Of a DNA stretch of 64,000 nucleotides, positions 1 to 64,000 are shown piece by piece. The stretch covers positions 8,037,353-8,101,352 of the forward strand of contig CM082585.2 in the NCBI GenBank assembly GCA_040954595.2. The letters run 5' to 3'. Under the pieces are notes generated by a model. The model had not been told where the DNA came from. It saw only the letters and a list, made by a program, of their open reading frames with translations, and searched no databases. The first letter of the stretch is position 1. Every line of letters starts with the position of its first letter. The translations under genes were made by a program, and so were the position numbers. The stretch comes from Balanoglossus misakiensis (taxonomy: Eukaryota > Animalia > Hemichordata).

Positions 1-1438
<1,438 letters not shown>

Positions 1439-1458
1439 CCGTCTTCTGGCCAGTATGC

Positions 1459-1654
1459 TTAAAGGTATGCGGCCACCTATGCAAATTTAAAGCCACAGTC
1501 ACCATGGAAAGTTGAGATCTAACCAACCACAGATTGTCAGTGGTTGGCCACGCAAAAATATGCACCCCTATATGGTCATTCTGCATCTGATGCCTAGACA
1601 TGCCTTTCTGACCATATATGGGTGTATGTAAATTAGAAGTGACTATTCCTACAA
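1459..1654 (+). mobile_element. About 195-bp MITE, family K1 (TTAA-AGG termini, Kolobok-like), in the RCBTB 3' UTR
   Basis: Shares the core ttaaaggta..cacc.atg..aa...gagatcta.ccaa.cacagatt with 31942..32062 and, inverted, with 60784..60975. Confidence 0.75.
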
Positions 1655-1720
1655 CTTTCAGGCCTATAGTAACAATGTTTCCCTGTATACTGGCTTTTTT
1701 GTGCAATCTCTGAGGAACAG

Positions 1721-1810
1721 TAAACCTTTCACCCCTGTTTCCCTGTGCAGAGGTCCAACTTCACCATAGAAAACAATCGATTTGGACCAAGCCACAGTTG
1801 TGTAAGGGTA
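1721..1810 (-). mobile_element. About 90-bp piggyBac-like MITE, family P1 (diverged copy)
   Basis: Colinear with 47122..47216 and the reverse complement of 37204..37297. Confidence 0.75.
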
Positions 1811-1886
1811 CGTAGATTAGTGATTTAACAGTACTTTTGATATTGCCTCAGTTTGTATAAGTTATCATATCATCAGTCAACCTGTT

Positions 1887-1982
1887 TTAAAGCCCCTATA
1901 GCTGCCATTTTTTGCACAGTAAGAGAGTGAAGTATTTTATCAATGTAAAATATGCTGAAAGTGGCAGCTATTGGAACTTTAA
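1887..1982. mobile_element. About 96-bp TTAA-flanked MITE (family K2)
   Basis: Imperfect TIRs ttaaagcccctatagctgcca / tggcagctattggaactttaa. Confidence 0.65.
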
Positions 1983-2120
1983 CGGAATGTATGAAGAAGG
2001 TCGCACATTTTATGTTTATTTTTAACCGCAGGTGTTCCTCAAATGTGAGAGCTTTTTGACCTTAATTTATATCTGAATAGCGCTTCCATTTTTTATGATG
2101 TACATGTATTCAAGTTGTGT

Positions 2121-2166
2121 TGTATTCATTTCAATTTTTGTTTTGTATTCATTTCAATTTTTGTTT
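2121..2166. repeat. Exact 23-bp tandem duplication
   Basis: tgtattcatttcaatttttgttt x2. Confidence 0.9.
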
Positions 2167-2433
2167 TGTTTCTGATGTTTATACTTGCTTTTGTTGACTG
2201 ATGCATATATTTACAGATACATGTGTAATTGCCAGTTTGAATTAATCACACAAAAACTTGATTCATTTTTAATCCATAGAATTTTAGATAGAGGTTCTTA
2301 AAAATTGTACTTGCACCAAACTTGGCTACTTTGTAAGCGCTCTTAATTATCTCCCTGGGATGTACTATATTTGCTAAAACTAAGCTATTATTAATATATG
2401 ATGACACTTTTTGTAATTTATTGTATTTAAACA

Positions 2434-2439
2434 AATAAA
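2434..2439 (+). terminator. Candidate RCBTB polyadenylation signal
   Basis: AATAAA about 1 kb after the stop codon, following a U-rich 3' UTR. Confidence 0.5.
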
Positions 2440-2491
2440 GTTAATACTTAACAATGCAAATGGGTACAATAGTGATGGTCATGAAGATAAA

Positions 2492-2497
2492 TTTATT
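2492..2497 (-). terminator. Candidate polyadenylation signal of the NLR-like gene
   Basis: TTTATT on + (AATAAA on -) about 330 bp past the NLR stop. Alternatives lie at 2586-2591 and 2417-2422. Confidence 0.4.
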
Positions 2498-2822
2498 GAC
2501 TTTATGTTTAGTAATTACATGTCTTTCAAAAAGTATAAAAATATATTTTTAATATTAATTATATACAGTGAGGTTAAAATATATTTTTATTAAAATAATG
2601 TAAAATGAGTATTTTTAGATAATAATGTCGAAAATATTTATGTTATTTGATTCCCTGGTTTTGCATTGATATGCAGAATATATTAGCACGGCCATGGTTA
2701 AAAATAATGGTTTTGAATACTGCACTGGTGCACTTGGAAGCAAATTATTACTATGGATATTTGTGTACCATGTAACTGTTTTATCCCATGTCATTCCTCA
2801 CAACCTATGATCATCAACTTCT

Positions 2823-5800
2823 CTACTGTATCTGGCACACCTGACTGTTAGGTACTTGTTGATTGACAAGTATTTCGTGACGATAGAAAGATACAAATTT
2901 GGACAGCTGCGTATGGTCAGAAATGCCTAACTCATTCACTTTGTATGACCATCTTGTATAATGGCTGGTCTTCGCCATCAGGGGCTGAATGGAATCAAAG
3001 CGCGCTCTTTTCTTACATAAAGCTGTGCACTTGAGCGCCGTGAGTGTGATTTGACGCTTTTCCATGAGATTTCTGACTGGCCGCAGTAACCCTGTAACCA
3101 TGGCCACCAGTGGCTCCTCCTCGCTGCGGCTGGCCGTTGGGGTCTCTGCATCCGGGTATCTGTATGCGGTTTGGACCGCGAAGGACCTGAGGGAGCTGTT
3201 TCTATATAGGGCGTTCGTCAACAATGTGTACGCGTTTGCGGAGAGTGAACTGGAGGCATCCGCGTCGAAGCAGCATACGAGTGACCGCAGGTGACCATTG
3301 TTCGTGATGAGGTCACACAGTTTGGGGATGTTGGAAGATTCGAGCCCGATTTCAAGATCTTCCAGCGTCGCATTGGTCGCGAGGATGTGCAACGCATCAT
3401 TGATGACGTCACACGTGGCGAGCTTTGAATCAGGTGCTCTCGGGAGCCCGAAAGTGAGTGACGTCACCGCCTTGCTGGGATGCTTGAGGCTGTCTTTCAA
3501 AGCGTCAATCTTGTCGTGCGAGCTGCAATTCTTCATCGCGTGAAATACGTATCTTATGTCCGTGGTTTTGCCGCACCTTCGGAAAAGCCGCCATACCCTG
3601 TTCATGACGGCGTCGTCGAGATCGCATTTACCGCATTCAAGACTCAGTCCCTCCGGGCCATTTTTCTCCACATCCTCGAATGGGATTTGGTTAAAACAGC
3701 TGCTTTGGGGGGCTTCGACAGATATCCTCTTAACGTCTTTATTTTGGCAAGCGCTCTGCAGCAGTTTAGTCGCCTGGCCGACAGGATTGCCATCGGGAGA
3801 CGAGTAAAGACGCACCACTATCTCTTCCAGTGACGAGGTTTCTCTGAGTGCCACGCCCAGGCACTCGAACGCCCCCGTCGCATTCACAGATTCTGCATCT
3901 ACGGTCAGGGACGCCAGGGAAATCTCGTCATTCTCCAGCGCTTTCGAGAACGCCAGGATTTCGCCGCGGGAGCGAAACCCGAGAAGAAAGTGCTCGATCT
4001 TTACGGTGATGGGATAGTTCTTGGAGAAGGAGCACTGGTGTCTCAAGAGATCCATCACCTGCTGGAAGAAACAGGCGTGGCTCAACACACTGACTTCTAC
4101 GACCCGAGGCGAAGTTTTGCAAGCGTAACGTCGATGACGATGGAGGTTTGCAATAGACTGAACCGATGGTTTCTGGTGCAAGCAAACGATTTGGGTCACA
4201 TGGGGCGAAACAAGACCTAAAATCTCACTGTTGTAGTATTTACATTCAGACAGTAACTGCAGGCATTTTTCCATTCGCATCGAGGATTTGTCATTTCCCC
4301 ACGCGTTGAGCGCCTGGTTGGCAATTCCCCGAAAAATTGGGCCCGATTGACTTCCCAGAAGTCCAACAGAAAATAAAAGAACTTGGTAGTTACTCTCCAA
4401 GTTATTGAAGAGAAATTCAACTTCTTTGAACGTTGAGACATCCGAGGTTTTAACGCGATAACTCACGTCGAGGGCGGCAAAATATTCAAGCCACAATCTG
4501 TGGCAAAAGGCCAGTGTACGATGAGGCTGTCTCTGATCATGACTGTGGTCGGTGAATCGAACCAACCCAGACTTTGACAAACAGACTGGTATATCGAAAT
4601 CACAAACTCCGTTGATGTCGGATGACGATCCCCCTTCTTTTAGATACTCAAATGCAACACGCGCCACTTTCTTCGTTTGGTCCTCGCAGAGTCGTTGTTC
4701 TGCGTTGCCGGAGTGGCTCCCCCGGGTGACGCAGCACCTCCCGTGAATACTGCGCAGTATAGAGGAACAGAGCTCCGCCGATCGGCTGGGGAAATAGCCT
4801 TTGGACTGGAAATCTTCCCAAAGCATACACAGGAACGCCAGGTGTAACGGGTTGATGGACGGTGGCAGAAAGGAAGACGGCAGCAGTCTGTCGCCCGCGC
4901 CCTCCAGCGATGACTTGACCGTGTTGGCCAAGCTTTCGTTCCCCTCACTGTGGTCCCCCTGAAAGTACTTGTCGATGTAGAGTTCACATGATTCGGAAGA
5001 CAGTCCACAAATAACGAACTGTGACTCGAAATCGCTCAATTCAGGGAGAGTGCGTTGTCTTGGCTTCGACGTGACAATCACAGTGCTCCTAGACAGTAAC
5101 TTGCCTGTCACGATTTTCTTCGCCTCGTTATCGGAGGTAGTGTCGCAAAGTGCGTCGAAATCGTCAAAAATAAAAAGGACCGATTCCGGATTATTCGTGA
5201 CGTAACCCCACATCTCCTCTTTGGAGAAGGTGACGTCACTTCGAAGCAAGTGTGCGAATATTGCGTCGACTATAGCACCTTGATTCAAATCTTCCGCTCC
5301 CAGGTGAAATACAAGTCGGAAATGCCGCATTCTGCCAACAGCCCAGTCATATGCTAACTTTCGGCAAAGTGATGTTTTTCCGGCGGCTGGTTCACCTTCT
5401 ATTCGTATTCTTCGCGCGTTATCCCCGCCGCAAAGCACGTCATAATCTGTGGTTACTGATCTGCACGTCCCCCCTTCCCCCATCATCGTGAGCTGTGCTT
5501 TTACATGCAGCTGACTCAGTGTGTACTCTTTCCACCACAGTGGCTGGAAATCTTCAAAAGACTTCCTGTAGACATCTTTAAGGTGCTCCGACAACCTTGC
5601 TATACCACGTGCATGACCTACAATTATGAAAAAAATGCAATATTAACAGACTGTCCGATCACATTGAGGCATAGCAAATCGAAAATTCACGTCACCAAGA
5701 CAGTCGCGTGCAGATGTGACATTACGTTTGTGATACAAGTGTGCACAAAACAAAGTCAGTTAATAGTCAACTTGCTGGTTGTGAGTGTGTGCTGCACGGG

Positions 5801-6366
5801 TGTACTGTATATACTAGGAGTTGGTCCCCAGAGTTATACTAGTACATGTATATAAAGTTGGCTGGAGTTGGTAATTACATATTAGCACAGTGGAGGGACT
5901 GTGATATTAGCAAGGAACCCGAAAAAGAATTCAGTACAGTGTAAAACTTTATATGGCTATATCCATGGGCGCAGGTCGTTGTGTGTGTCCACTTTGCGTA
6001 ACAAGTGGTTAAGTCGCTATTATTCAAGGAAGGGATGTGTTCATTATATTGTTTGGCCTATTTGTTTCCGTGTTTACGTACATATCCATAGAAACCCAAG
6101 AAGCTGGTCAAACCGTGGTGATAAGTGGTATGGTTTTTATGACGTTCGGGTTGTATCACTTATCTCGCACAGTACTGTGCAATGGGGCAGCGCAGATTTG
6201 CGACAAACACGCCCTACTACAACTTACAGGTACAATGAAAGACTGACTGTGGTCGCATTTGAAGGGACGGCAGCGACATGCTAGTGTGCGTTTTACCTTT
6301 CTGGTTGGTTGGCTTGGAAACAAGTGTGTCCACGTCATCTCTCAGTGCGCCATTCACAACTGCCAT
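2823..6366 (-). CDS. NLR-like protein (NACHT NTPase plus degenerate LRRs), about 954 aa; join(complement(6297..6366, 2823..5617))
   Basis: The main exon is a 2795-nt open frame with acceptor ttgcatttttttcataattgtag|GT at 5617. A 70-nt upstream exon (ATG at 6366, MAVVNGALRDDVDTLVSKPTNQK-G|gtaaaa) is phase-compatible. Motifs: Walker A GEPAAGKTS, Walker B VLFIFDDFDA, sensor-1 VIVTSKP, NPLHL, winged-helix FCHRLWLEYFAA, and RI-like LRR remnants (NATLEDLEI, NGHLRSLVC, NSSLRSFAV). The supplied TTG start at 5594 is not the likely start. Confidence 0.88.
6297..6366 (-). CDS. Probable first coding exon of the NLR-like gene
   Basis: ATG in context aattATGG, 23 codons plus 1 nt, donor AAG|gtaaaa, and phase 1 matching the acceptor at 5617. 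Confidence 0.7.
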
Positions 6367-7472
6367 AATTAACGAGCCACCTGTTGGTAGGCCAATATGG
6401 GCGGTCCTGTTTTGACGACTCCTTTGGACGTACACCTTTTTAGTTTACACCACAGGTACACACGCAGGCGACCATTTTTGACCCCATTCGGTGTGGGTCG
6501 TTTACGCCTGTTCATCCGGGATCGGGGACAATAGGCTTGTTGAATGGGAAATCAACTCAGAAATAAAGCAATGTTATGCAATATATCTGCTTTACGTATA
6601 TGGGCTGAAACCAGTGCTTTGCACCAAATTTCATGTTGTTCCGCCTGTGACACATCACTTTTTTGAACATTAAAATTGTAAACCTGCATCTGCTATACTA
6701 CAGAGACAACTTGCCAATTATCTACTCAATGGTTTTCACACATGCTTGTGACGGAGGGAATGTGGCGAGCGCCACCATGAGGTCAACTATTCCGTAACTA
6801 CATGTATTCCTGTATTTACTCAAGCCCCTACCATCAAAATTGTTGTCTTTTTGTTTCAGTAATGTATGGAATATCATCTTCTTCTTTTCTTATGTAAATC
6901 GCGACATCATGCTGTTTATTGTACCATGACGACTTATTGTTTGTCAATGGCCAAAATAGTCTTGGAAAAATTTATCCCGGGCTGTACATATGTACTGTAC
7001 ACAATGCATTTCCTGCTTGACATTGAGGTCACAATTAATCAGAAGATAGGGGCTCTATATTAGTCATTACCCATCGTGCACCTGAGTGTAGGCAGTGCCC
7101 ACGCATGCGCCCATTGTCAGAGGTTGATACCCGGTGTACACGACAATATTTGACCTCCTGGAAAGTCTCTGAAATTGGTCTCTACGAAAATACTGGTTGG
7201 ACTTTGAGTGTACTCGGGTTACTGGTGTGAATGGAGAAGTGTGTACTGTGGTTTTCGTAACTGTCGCGTGTTCATGGACTTGTGATCACTGTGTAAATAC
7301 TCGGGGTGTAGATCGTTGGTCGGCCAAGCTGAAGCGAACGACCGAACTCACTGCATGCAGACAGCCCTAATTTTGTGGCAACTGTTCCTCAGCTCATTTG
7401 GACGAATAGTGCTGCTTGGTAAATATTGAAATAACTCGTGGAAATCGTTGCTTTGTGACCAAGATATCCAAG
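6367..7472. promoter_or_regulatory. Probable bidirectional promoter and 5' UTR region between the NLR-like gene and CASK
   Basis: Only 1.1 kb separates the divergent start codons. An NRF1-like CGCATGCGC lies at 7102-7110 and a CCAAT at about 6393. Transcription start sites cannot be determined. Confidence 0.55.
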
Positions 7473-63700
<56,228 letters not shown>

Positions 63701-63826
63701 GTACGTTCCGTTGCTTAGTTACCTGCCCCTACCTATCACTGTTTAATGGTTAAGTCTCGAATATCCTGACTCTCAAAGCATAATGAAAAAACTTGTATCC
63801 GAGGGAAGAATGTTTGATGCTTTATT

Positions 63827-63918
63827 TTAACCCGTTACCACCATGGTTCAGTCCAAACCCATTGTTTTCTATGGTAAGGTCGGACCACTATAGAGGGAAC
63901 TGGGGGTGAAAGGGTTAA
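63827..63918 (+). mobile_element. MITE family P1 copy
   Basis: ttaacccgttaccaccatggttc...gagggaactgggggtgaaagggttaa; the last 26 nt are identical to the 37204 copy. Confidence 0.85.
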
Positions 63919-64000
63919 GGTATACATATTTTGAATTATTGTTCTCCAGTTCGTGTCATGGTTGCTCCGATGTGCTCAGACGCGGAGTGGTGTATGTCAA

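Noticed and set aside
3064-5008. Several 60-122-aa ORFs overlapping the NLR exon
   Set aside because: Shadow ORFs of a GC-rich coding exon, with no recognisable domains.
5592-5594. TTG start of the supplied 923-aa ORF
   Set aside because: This is a eukaryotic gene. The frame continues to a good splice acceptor at 5617 and joins an ATG exon at 6297-6366.
5901-6284. 127-aa ORF and hydrophobic 69-aa ORF on + within the NLR intron
   Set aside because: Non-ATG starts, no motifs and no supporting splice structure.

Overview
This is AT-rich, intron-rich animal genomic DNA. It is most consistent with an invertebrate deuterostome such as a hemichordate or echinoderm; that is an inference from the protein sequences and intron positions. 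Three genes can be reconstructed by hand from splice sites. (1) The last six coding exons of an RCBTB1/2-like BTB gene lie on + (1..1438). (2) A compact two-exon NLR-like gene lies on - (6366..2823, about 954 aa). It has a NACHT NTPase and degenerate LRRs, no recognisable N-terminal effector domain, and altered Walker B and sensor-1 motifs. It sits tail-to-tail with RCBTB and head-to-head with CASK. (3) The first 16 coding exons of CASK lie on + (7473..63700; CaMK-like, L27 x2, PDZ, SH3), and the gene runs off the window end. Introns and UTRs carry several short non-autonomous DNA-transposon families (TTAA-flanked piggyBac-like and Kolobok-like, and Tc1/pogo-like), microsatellites, a nested palindrome and CTCF-like motifs. 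The most interesting leads are the effector-less NLR, tandem GC/GT donors inside the CASK calmodulin-binding helix, a fused PDZ exon, and candidate alternative CASK exons. Most short ORFs in the supplied track are chance intronic ORFs. No database searches could be run.
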